A stretch of 64,000 nt of DNA from an uncultured Candidatus Poseidoniales archaeon (GTDB taxonomy: Archaea; Thermoplasmatota; Poseidoniia; Poseidoniales; Poseidoniaceae). Positions 1-8,349 of this stretch are shown here, piece by piece. The stretch spans positions 26,004 through 90,003 of the forward strand of contig CACODE010000001.1 in assembly GCA_902625885.1 (NCBI GenBank), written 5' to 3'. The position numbers and the translations under genes were made by a program. Numbering within the stretch: position 1 is the stretch's first letter; each line of letters starts with the position of its first letter. Below the pieces are notes generated by a model that made no database searches, was not told the origin of the DNA, and saw only the letters and a program-made list of their open reading frames with translations.

Positions 1-1
1 A

Positions 2-2503
2 CCGTTTGACAACGCTAACCACACCGAGACATTGCGACAGCCCATTCTCGTTGAGGAAGACTCATCCCGCAACGGCCTCAGTCTCACCACAGAAGTGAGC
101 GTTGAAGTCACCATGCAACTGATGGAAGCGGTGACCGATGCAGCGCTCAGCGACATGACGGTTACGGCTGTGAGCCACGACGGTTTCGGCAACATCACCT
201 TTGACCGGACGGACGCAGACGGCAACTCAACAGAACTGATCATGCCCGGAAACTGGAGTTTCTACTTCAACCGTACCATCGGGACGAAGTCGTGGTTCAT
301 GGACACCAGCGAATCACCGTTTACCACCGATGATGCGGACGAAAACAACGTGCTCGTTCTTGATCCCGTTTACGCCGCTTTGGAGGTCGAAATCGGCGGT
401 AAGGTCTACTGGGACCTGGACAACAACAGCGTTCCGGGTCTGGGCGAGGGTCTCCCCGAAATGAACATCACCATTATTGGCAGCAACAACACCGAGGTCA
501 ACACGACCGTGGTCACCGATGAAGACGGTGTCTGGCGGCTCTTTGTGCCCATCCGCGATGTCTACAACGTCACCGTTGAGAAAGAAGGATTTGAGACGGT
601 TTACTACGCCACTGAAAATCAATCAGGCTACACCGTACGGGACAGCCCCGATTCAACCGACATTGAAGTCACCGCAGGCTTCGTTGAGGTTTCTGGAACC
701 GTCACCGACCAACTTGATGCCGCACGTCTCGTTGATGCGCACATCATGCTCTACCCAATCGCTGGCGTGGAAAGGGATGCCGTACAGGTCTCGGGAACCA
801 TGAACGGTTCCACCCTCGAGTGGACCTCCAGCATACAACCCGGTGACTGGGTGGTCGTTGTCACACAGAACAACCCCGGTCCAAACGGAGGTGGTGTGGC
901 CATCGGTATGCTTGATGCTACCGTTGCCAACGGCGGCAACATCACCCAAGTGATGTCGCTTGGCGGCTACGTTGATCTGTCCACAGCATGGACCGATATC
1001 GGGCAGGAGGACCACCACGCTGGTTCAGATGCTGCCGGTGCGTCCATGGTTCAGGAACCGGTTGAGTTGGAAGTCACCTTCGACGGCATGTCGTGGATGA
1101 TGGCCGTGCCTGCTTCTGGCGAACTTCGTGAGCTCTTCCCTGAAGGCAGCGTGTCCTTCGATGCTGAGTTCATGACCGTTCAGCACGCTAACGAACTTGA
1201 GATGGAGTATTACGGCGGTCAGACCACGACGGTCAACGCCGATTCAACCATCGCCGCCACGTTACAGTTCAACCGAAGGGTGAATTCAGCGCTTGACATA
1301 TCGTTCGCTTCGGCGACCAACTCAACGACTGAAAACGCAGCCGATGAAATATCGGCCATCGTTTCCACGGTCAACGAGTCTGCGTACCAGACGATTGACG
1401 CCACCTTTGAGGTCAACTACAACGGCACGGAAATCATGGACGTGTTCAGCGTTGCAGGCGAGATGGGTCTCGCTCAGGATTCCGACCTTTGGGATGTGTC
1501 CTTCTGGGATGAGGAGTCTGGTGAGTACCAGAGCACGATTAACGTCAGCCTTGGCATTGGCGACGACGATGTCGAAGCAAAGCTGGCAACAAACGTCACT
1601 GTCCGCATACAACTCCCCGATGTGGCAGAAGCTTGGTCCCTTGAGAACGGTCACCGCATGACCATGCGTTTAACGACCGATCTTGGCGAATCTTCTCAGG
1701 CATCGGTGAAGGTCTTCGTGCCGCAAACGTACGGGTTCTCCATCTCTTCGGCCACCGAAGAACTGGGTATGGCTGCCAACGTTGAGCGAACGTTCTCGTT
1801 TGATATCACCAACGACGGCAACGGTCAGGACACGTTCACCATCAAGATGCTCGAAAGCGGTGTGCCAGCCGATTGGTCGGTCACACCGATGACGTCCACG
1901 CTAACGCTGAGCAAGGGTGAAACCAGAACCCAACAGTTCACCGTGTTTGCACCGGCCACCTACGACGACAACGATGAGGAATTTGAGTTGACGATTTACG
2001 TCAACAGCGAAGATGAAACATTGGAGCAAGAAGAAGTCGAGGTAAGCATCCAGAAAGCCACCGTGAAACTGAAACTTAACCAAGCCGACATTGCCACGGC
2101 ATCCGACCTCATTGCGCAAAAGGCAGGGGCTGTTCGCATACCCATTGAGAACACGGGTTTGCTCGATGCGCCGTCCGTCATCGTGCACCTCACTCCGCCC
2201 AACGGTGAGGAGCGCTCGCAAACGATCAGCGTACCAGCCGGCGAAACCCGCATGGCTGTCTTTGAGAACCTGACCTTCCCACAAGGGCCTCAGCGGTTTG
2301 ACTACCGTATCGAAGTGGCTGGAGCAGAAGGCGAGAGCGTCGAGTCGATTCCCGATCCGGACGACTTCAGTTTGGAGTACAACGTTGAATCAACCGCCGA
2401 TGGGGAATCGCCGTGGATGAACCTCCTGATTGCGGTCATCGCCATCATGGTTGTCTACGGTGGCGTTCGTACCAGCCGTAGCCGCTCGAGCAACAAGTTC
2501 TGA
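2..2503 (+). CDS. Large secreted surface protein, 5'-truncated by window edge; carboxypeptidase-regulatory/Ig-like beta repeats; C-terminal TM helix plus basic tail
   Basis: Frame open from nt 2 with no start context (PFDNANHTETL...), so the gene continues upstream. Repeated beta-sandwich-like segments (e.g. NITIIGSNNTEVNTTVVTDEDGVWRLFVPIRDVYNVTVEKEGFETVYY). C-terminus SPWMNLLIAVIAIMVVYGGVRTSRSRSSNKF is a hydrophobic helix followed by an R/S-rich basic tail. Confidence 0.6.
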   Translation, partial: PFDNANHTETLRQPILVEEDSSRNGLSLTTEVSVEVTMQLMEAVTDAALSDMTVTAVSHDGFGNITFDRTDADGNSTELIMPGNWSFYFNRTIGTKSWFMDTSESPFTTDDADENNVLVLDPVYAALEVEIGGKVYWDLDNNSVPGLGEGLPEMNITIIGSNNTEVNTTVVTDEDGVWRLFVPIRDVYNVTVEKEGFETVYYATENQSGYTVRDSPDSTDIEVTAGFVEVSGTVTDQLDAARLVDAHIMLYPIAGVERDAVQVSGTMNGSTLEWTSSIQPGDWVVVVTQNNPGPNGGGVAIGMLDATVANGGNITQVMSLGGYVDLSTAWTDIGQEDHHAGSDAAGASMVQEPVELEVTFDGMSWMMAVPASGELRELFPEGSVSFDAEFMTVQHANELEMEYYGGQTTTVNADSTIAATLQFNRRVNSALDISFASATNSTTENAADEISAIVSTVNESAYQTIDATFEVNYNGTEIMDVFSVAGEMGLAQDSDLWDVSFWDEESGEYQSTINVSLGIGDDDVEAKLATNVTVRIQLPDVAEAWSLENGHRMTMRLTTDLGESSQASVKVFVPQTYGFSISSATEELGMAANVERTFSFDITNDGNGQDTFTIKMLESGVPADWSVTPMTSTLTLSKGETRTQQFTVFAPATYDDNDEEFELTIYVNSEDETLEQEEVEVSIQKATVKLKLNQADIATASDLIAQKAGAVRIPIENTGLLDAPSVIVHLTPPNGEERSQTISVPAGETRMAVFENLTFPQGPQRFDYRIEVAGAEGESVESIPDPDDFSLEYNVESTADGESPWMNLLIAVIAIMVVYGGVRTSRSRSSNKF

Positions 2504-2567
2504 TGTTCAGTTTTGGCTGAATTTTCAAACAAGGGTTCATGAGGGCTTTCCCCGGATAGCGCAAGCC

Positions 2568-3776
2568 ATGGAGGGGTTAAGGGGCGTTGAGTACCTGCCA
2601 GAACCTTCCGACCGAAGGATTGTTTCGGCTGTCGACCCAACCGTGGTTGGTCACGAAAACGATTGGCGGTCGGAAACCATGGGCTGGGCACCGCTCTCGG
2701 TGGAACCCGTCCACCACTACAAACCTCAGCGATGGTCCATATCTGGCGTAGTGGCCTTTGCGTTACTCGTATCCTTGAGTTTGCTCATGTGGCAAAACCA
2801 GTGGCTTGTGGTTGAATTACCTGCGCCCAAATCCGAATGGGCCTTTGATGCATCGGGCATCAGGGACGTGCAGGAATCCGGGCTGAGCGGAGAAGGCGTG
2901 CGCGTCTGCATGGTTGACACAGGCGTTGACGGTTCTCACGAGGCGTTTGAGGGCGTGGAGATCGTCTTCAAAGATTTGATCGGGGCATCGCAAGAACCCG
3001 TTGACTACGGTTCGGTGGCTCATGGCACGCTGATGGCCGGTTTGCTCCTGTCCCAAGACACCGACCAAAGGGGGTCGGCACCCGATGTGTCGTTTGCCAT
3101 GGTCGCAGCCCTCCAAGACAACGGCGATGGGGAAAACGAGGGCAAGGACACCGACGTCGCTGATGCCATTCGTTGGTGCCAGTTTGATTTCCAAGCCGAC
3201 ATCATCTCGTTGTCCTTGGGTGGAAGCCAAGACACCAACGGGACGGAAGGCGACTCGTCATCAGCCACAAGACAGGCCACGGACGCAGGCATCTACGTCG
3301 TTGCGGCGGCCGGTAACGACGGTCTGGATGATGACGGCGATGTCGCATCGCCAGGCAGCGTTGATCTCGCCATATCCGTCGGGGCCACAACCCAGGGCGG
3401 CTCGGTTTGGCAAAACTCCTCGGTAGGGGCATCTTACGACAGGGAGGGGTTTCCTCGACAACATCCCAACATGAAACCCGAGGTTGTGGCTCCTGGTGAA
3501 CGCATCATCAGCACGGGTCAGGACAATCTGTGGTACTCGAGCAGCGGGACGTCCGATGCTACGGTGTTTGTGACCGGCGCTCTTGCGTTGATTCTCCAGG
3601 AAAACCCTCGGTTGAAAGCGCAGGCAAACGACGATTCTGCCTGCCTCGTAAAAGTGAAGCAAGCCCTCGTGAATTCAATGGCGGAAACGGCCGAAGGACA
3701 CGACACTCGTACGGGATACGGTCAGCTCGATGCAGCCGCATGGCTCAACGAAAGCCAGCAGATTGGCTCCTGTTAG
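2568..3776 (+). CDS. Subtilisin-like serine protease (peptidase S8), N-terminal signal-anchor
   Basis: Catalytic triad motifs in order: CMVDTGVDGSHEAF (Asp), HGTLMAG (His), GTSDATVFVTGALALI (Ser). Hydrophobic segment ISGVVAFALLVSLSLLM near N-terminus. ATG at 2568 chosen because the track start at 2430 overlaps the upstream gene; ATG 2679 is an alternative. Confidence 0.85.
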   Translation: MEGLRGVEYLPEPSDRRIVSAVDPTVVGHENDWRSETMGWAPLSVEPVHHYKPQRWSISGVVAFALLVSLSLLMWQNQWLVVELPAPKSEWAFDASGIRDVQESGLSGEGVRVCMVDTGVDGSHEAFEGVEIVFKDLIGASQEPVDYGSVAHGTLMAGLLLSQDTDQRGSAPDVSFAMVAALQDNGDGENEGKDTDVADAIRWCQFDFQADIISLSLGGSQDTNGTEGDSSSATRQATDAGIYVVAAAGNDGLDDDGDVASPGSVDLAISVGATTQGGSVWQNSSVGASYDREGFPRQHPNMKPEVVAPGERIISTGQDNLWYSSSGTSDATVFVTGALALILQENPRLKAQANDDSACLVKVKQALVNSMAETAEGHDTRTGYGQLDAAAWLNESQQIGSC

Positions 3777-3869
3777 AGACGTTTTTGTGAAATTTTCGTG
3801 AGCATTTAGCCGTTCATTGGCGAATTCTTTCACCTTTCTTGCAGTTTTTCAGAATTTTGGGGCCTGAAT

Positions 3870-3915
3870 TCGGCAAATATATTGATATTTTCGTCCTGTT
3901 TTGATATTCTTATGG
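3870..3915 (+). promoter_or_regulatory. AT-rich promoter region of the giant beta-helix gene with TATA-like elements and a TTGATATT direct repeat
   Basis: caaatatattgatattttcgtcctgttttgatattcttatgg. TTGATATT at 3882–3889 and 3901–3908. ttcttatgg resembles the ttcttatatgg element upstream of the 23S gene. Confidence 0.3.
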
Positions 3916-3975
3916 CGGCAGATGAGGCGCAGTATTATATTCGTGGGGTTCATGGACATAACAGGTGAATCTTTG

Positions 3976-6900
3976 ATGGAACGAAAGAATCAAGCAAAAT
4001 CGGTATCGCTGGTGCTGCTCTACATGCTGTCGCTTAGTTTGGCGATGGTGAGCGTGCCCTCTGCAATGGCCGTCAACGAGACAACTCAAGGCACGGTCAG
4101 CGGTACAGAGACGTGGTCTGGAACTATGAATCTGCAAGGGGACGTCACGGTCGCTGAGGGTGCCAAACTCATTGTTAATGCGGGCACGACCGTCAACATA
4201 CCGTTTGGAAAATTCATTGACGTCCGTGGCGCCATCTGCATCGGCGATACCGCATGCGGTGCAAGCGCAGGTTCTGCTTCTTCCCAGGCCAGATTCATCT
4301 GGTCGCTTCCTACCGACTACACCAAGGAAGGGCGCTGTGCCGCCGCCTTTGCGGACACCAATCTGGCGGTGAGTTCGGACGCAGCTTGCGGTTCAGGAAT
4401 GGTGATTCGCTCAACGATTGATCAAGCCATCACGTCGATCAATTACGCCCACTTTGAGAACGCCTACGGCTACCCGATTTACGTGGCGTCTCAGCAAAAC
4501 CTGCAGTACGGTGCGTTGATCTTTGACGGGTCAACGACAACCGCCACAGGGCTGACCTTCACCGACATCAACACCTCAAACGTTTTGGCCATTGATTTGG
4601 CTGCGCCGTTGCTTACGGATTCCACGTTTGAGCTTGGCGTGGACGGCCGGGGCTACAACGCAGCCGCCATTCGGGCTTACGATGCAGGTGCAGGTATCCT
4701 CTCCACCCTGCGAATCAGGAATTCTGAATTCACCGGAAACGATGCCGATTGCGGGCAACAGGGGGGTGGCCTTGGGGTTATTTCCATTGACAACTCCTAC
4801 GTGGACATGGACAACATCGACATCAGGGACAACAGCTACGGGATGTTTTTGAAATCCAGTTCTGGCAGTTTGACGAACTCCGAAATCAACGTGAAGTGTA
4901 ACGCCGTTGATACAAACTCTCTGAAAAAGACCGGCGATTTCGAGCACACCCTTGAGGTGAACAACAACATCATCACCACCTCAGAAGGCACTGGACTGAC
5001 AGCCTACGACGGTGCGAAAGTCTACGCTGAAAGAAACACCATATCCGGTGGTTCGGAAGGCGGCGGTGGTTCGGGTGTCGGTATCCGAAGTTCGGTTGTG
5101 GAACTCCACGAGAACACCATCGGACCTATAGGCGTGTGGAACGGCTTGTGGATTTACGGCACCTCCGATGTCATCGCTGAAAACAACACGATTCAGGACA
5201 CGGGCAAAGAACCCGTTCTCGTCGGTGAGTACCACTACCAAGACCAAGGCTGGCAAGTTCCTGCTCCAACGGCCGCCCGCATTTACCTGGCCAACAACGT
5301 CATCTCCAACGTGTCGGGCACCTGCAACTCTCAGATGTACGGCGGCGATTTCCAGTGCCCAGCCATCCACATCTTCCGATCGTCAGCGACCGTCGTTGAC
5401 AACGTCATTTCCGGCAACACGGGCGACATCATCCGCGCCAAAGGTTCGCTTGTGAACGTGCAGAGAAACGTCGGCGACTCGCAAGGCGGCTTTGCAGGAA
5501 ACGTCAGTGTTCACGACGACAATTACGGCAACAAATACGGCTCCATCGCCTACTTCTCAGGCAACACTTGGAGCAACGTCTCTCAAGTCTACAACGTGAC
5601 CGAATCAAGGGTGACCGTGCAATCCGAGCAAATCCCATCGCCGGGCTACGGTGAACTCTACCCGGTGAACATTGCATGGCTGGGCGCCGAATGTCCCTTT
5701 GTTCAGGACGAGTGTCTGCAACTGCCGGGGACCACCGTGCTCCCACCAAGAGACATGCCCCTCGCTTTGGAACTGGTCGAAAACGCCACCGTGTTTTCCT
5801 ATGCGGACCTGCAAAATTTCGACTCCTCGATGATTCACGTGCAGAATCAGAACACAGCGTGGGGTTCTCAGGTTCGAGAGGGTGAACTGGTCCGCTATCA
5901 GGTGAAAGCCAAGAATTCCAATGTTGAAGGCGCCACGGTCATCATCAAAGATTCCACTGGCTTGCCTCTCTACGAACTCCAGACGGATGCTTTCGGCTTC
6001 ACACCTCAAGTCTCGCTGCCTTCCGATTTCTTGCTTGACCGAAACTGGAACCACATTGTTGGTGACAAAAATGCAGCCATACCAGGCACCAACGACGGTA
6101 CTGGACAACCCATCACCGTCGATGAGGACTCGTGCGCTGACGGTATCGACAACGACGGGGACACGTACGTGGACGACGACGACGCGGACTGCACCAACGG
6201 CAGAGAGCGCCCGTTCTATTCTGTTGAGGCTTTCAAATTCGGAAGCGGTCGCGATGAACTTTCCTATGTCCTCACCGGGGCCGTTGACGATGTTATCAAC
6301 CTGGAGAACCTACGACCGAGCGTCTCTGTTAACGAGCCCGATGGCTACTCGTATGCGAGAACGGTTCGCATCACCGGTCAGGCTTGGGACGGAGCAAAAT
6401 GGCCGTACGCCAACGACAACACCGCTCAGCAAGCCCAGTTCGGACTTGTCAAGCGTGTAGAAATCCAACCACCCGGTTCAACCGACTGGTTCTACGCATC
6501 CGATGTTTCGGGAGCGAACGGAGCCATCACCATGCAGACCCATCCGTTCAAGGATTGGGTGTACGAGTGGGACGGTTCCGCGCACCCCGAGGGTGAAGGC
6601 GACATCACGTTCAGAATTCGCTCCTTTGACGGTTTGGATTATTCGCCCATAGAGGTGCGACAATACAAACTGAACCTGGTCGCACCAACATTGCTCGTGG
6701 ATGTCCCGACCGAAGGAAGCGTTCACACGACCGGTCGCGTGCTTTTCCAAGGAACGGCTTCGGACCCGTATCAGGGCACCTACGGCAGTGACGTGAAGCA
6801 GATCTGGTTCAATATTCAGGGACCTGGAACGACCCAGCAATTCTTCCAACAAGGCTCAACCAGCTGGTCCTACGAGTGGCTCGTTTCTGAATTGCCAACC

Positions 6901-8349
6901 GGAGACTACACCATCAAGGTCTGGGCCGCTGACAGTGACTTTTGCATCGAAGAACCGGTTGTCGAGGACGGCTGTGTGGTCGAGACGCGTACCATCACCA
7001 TCAACAACGACAACATTCCGCCAAACTTGCAACTTTCGTGGATAGGAGCTGAGGATCAATCCACCGGTGGCATCGATGGTGATACCATCAGGGCATCAAA
7101 GGAGACGAAAATCTTCGGCGTCGCCCGAGACATCGGTGGGTTTGTAACCCGGGTTGAGATTGAGATTACCGATTTGGCGAACGGTCTGGTGTTAAACGAT
7201 GGTCCGCTCCCGGTCACGAACCTTGCTCAAGATGGCTCATGGGTGGCCAACTGGGACACTTCAAAATTGATTCATGACAGCGTTTACTCCGTCGCCGTAC
7301 GAGCGTATGACGGTGATGACTATTCCGACACCATCACGTGGAGAATGACCATCAACAACCCACTCGATGCGGACAACATTGACCCCGTGTTTAACGAAAC
7401 GGGTTGGGTCGGCACGTGGACCATCTTCTGTGATGAACAATCGACCAACTTCGACCGCTGTGGCGGTGGTGTTTCGTTTGACCTAGCGGAATTCTTTGAA
7501 GACCCGGACGGCACGGGCGTTCCAGGAAACGACTTGGAATTCTATGTCTACGACGACGAGGCCACCATTGAAGACGACTTCTACGGGGACTTCATCACCA
7601 TCACGCCGCTTGGCGTCCTTACCTACGACCCAATGACGTACATGGCCCAAACAACCAGCAGCATTCCTGACTGGTCGCTCAACGGCGTCGTGCTCTATGC
7701 CCAAGACGATCAAGAATCCAAGGCGTACTCATTGAAGGTCAACTTCCTCGTTAGGGCGGTCTCCTTCTCCGTGGAGCGAGCCGATTCAGGTCCTATCACG
7801 GCCGACGACCCAGCGGAATTCCAAGGCGAAGGTCTACCTGGAAGCTTGGTCATCGCTCGATACGCAGACGGCAACGCCAAACTCAACTCCACGCGAGTTC
7901 TCGCCGACGGCTCATGGAGCATGCAGATCACCGCCAATCAGATGGTGGGTTCCGATGGCTCGAAGGACGTCATCTTCGAGATGGACGGGCAAGTGTATTC
8001 CTTTGCAGGAGAGACCGGGGACGCCACATTCTCATTGTCGGTCTCGAGCGGTGATGAAGGCGGTTTCAACATGGTGATTGTTCTCATTGTTCTTGGCGTC
8101 ATTGCCTTGCTGGCAGCAGGAGCGTTCTTCTTCATTGAATTCGAAGAGGTTCCGGACGAAGACGAGTTGACCAGCGACGATACCGAGCCTGAGGAAGACC
8201 CTTACGCTTGGGCGAAGGCTCGAGAAGCCGCCGCTGCACCTGAACCAACACCCGCCCCAGCCGCTTCTCAGCATCCGGGATGGTTGTGGGACCAGGCCAG
8301 CAACCAATGGGTTCCTGATCCGGATTACCAGCAACCACCGCAGCAGTGA
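3976..8349 (+). CDS. Giant (1458 aa) secreted right-handed beta-helix (pectin-lyase-fold-like) surface protein with Asp-rich Ca-binding-like insert, C-terminal TM anchor and acidic/Pro-rich cytoplasmic tail ending in a GW..QW motif
   Basis: ATG 3976 preceded by aggtga. Sec signal peptide MERKNQAKSVSLVLLYMLSLSLAMVSVPSAMA|VNE. Many NxxIxxN-type beta-helix rungs (NNTIQDTGKEPVL, NNVISNVSG, DNVISGNTGDIIRAKGS). CADGIDNDGDTYVDDDDADC cluster. C-terminal TM MVIVLIVLGVIALLAAGAFFFI, then EFEEVPDEDELTSDDTEPEED...APEPTPAPAASQHPGWLWDQASNQWVPDPDY. Confidence 0.8.
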   Translation: MERKNQAKSVSLVLLYMLSLSLAMVSVPSAMAVNETTQGTVSGTETWSGTMNLQGDVTVAEGAKLIVNAGTTVNIPFGKFIDVRGAICIGDTACGASAGSASSQARFIWSLPTDYTKEGRCAAAFADTNLAVSSDAACGSGMVIRSTIDQAITSINYAHFENAYGYPIYVASQQNLQYGALIFDGSTTTATGLTFTDINTSNVLAIDLAAPLLTDSTFELGVDGRGYNAAAIRAYDAGAGILSTLRIRNSEFTGNDADCGQQGGGLGVISIDNSYVDMDNIDIRDNSYGMFLKSSSGSLTNSEINVKCNAVDTNSLKKTGDFEHTLEVNNNIITTSEGTGLTAYDGAKVYAERNTISGGSEGGGGSGVGIRSSVVELHENTIGPIGVWNGLWIYGTSDVIAENNTIQDTGKEPVLVGEYHYQDQGWQVPAPTAARIYLANNVISNVSGTCNSQMYGGDFQCPAIHIFRSSATVVDNVISGNTGDIIRAKGSLVNVQRNVGDSQGGFAGNVSVHDDNYGNKYGSIAYFSGNTWSNVSQVYNVTESRVTVQSEQIPSPGYGELYPVNIAWLGAECPFVQDECLQLPGTTVLPPRDMPLALELVENATVFSYADLQNFDSSMIHVQNQNTAWGSQVREGELVRYQVKAKNSNVEGATVIIKDSTGLPLYELQTDAFGFTPQVSLPSDFLLDRNWNHIVGDKNAAIPGTNDGTGQPITVDEDSCADGIDNDGDTYVDDDDADCTNGRERPFYSVEAFKFGSGRDELSYVLTGAVDDVINLENLRPSVSVNEPDGYSYARTVRITGQAWDGAKWPYANDNTAQQAQFGLVKRVEIQPPGSTDWFYASDVSGANGAITMQTHPFKDWVYEWDGSAHPEGEGDITFRIRSFDGLDYSPIEVRQYKLNLVAPTLLVDVPTEGSVHTTGRVLFQGTASDPYQGTYGSDVKQIWFNIQGPGTTQQFFQQGSTSWSYEWLVSELPTGDYTIKVWAADSDFCIEEPVVEDGCVVETRTITINNDNIPPNLQLSWIGAEDQSTGGIDGDTIRASKETKIFGVARDIGGFVTRVEIEITDLANGLVLNDGPLPVTNLAQDGSWVANWDTSKLIHDSVYSVAVRAYDGDDYSDTITWRMTINNPLDADNIDPVFNETGWVGTWTIFCDEQSTNFDRCGGGVSFDLAEFFEDPDGTGVPGNDLEFYVYDDEATIEDDFYGDFITITPLGVLTYDPMTYMAQTTSSIPDWSLNGVVLYAQDDQESKAYSLKVNFLVRAVSFSVERADSGPITADDPAEFQGEGLPGSLVIARYADGNAKLNSTRVLADGSWSMQITANQMVGSDGSKDVIFEMDGQVYSFAGETGDATFSLSVSSGDEGGFNMVIVLIVLGVIALLAAGAFFFIEFEEVPDEDELTSDDTEPEEDPYAWAKAREAAAAPEPTPAPAASQHPGWLWDQASNQWVPDPDYQQPPQQ

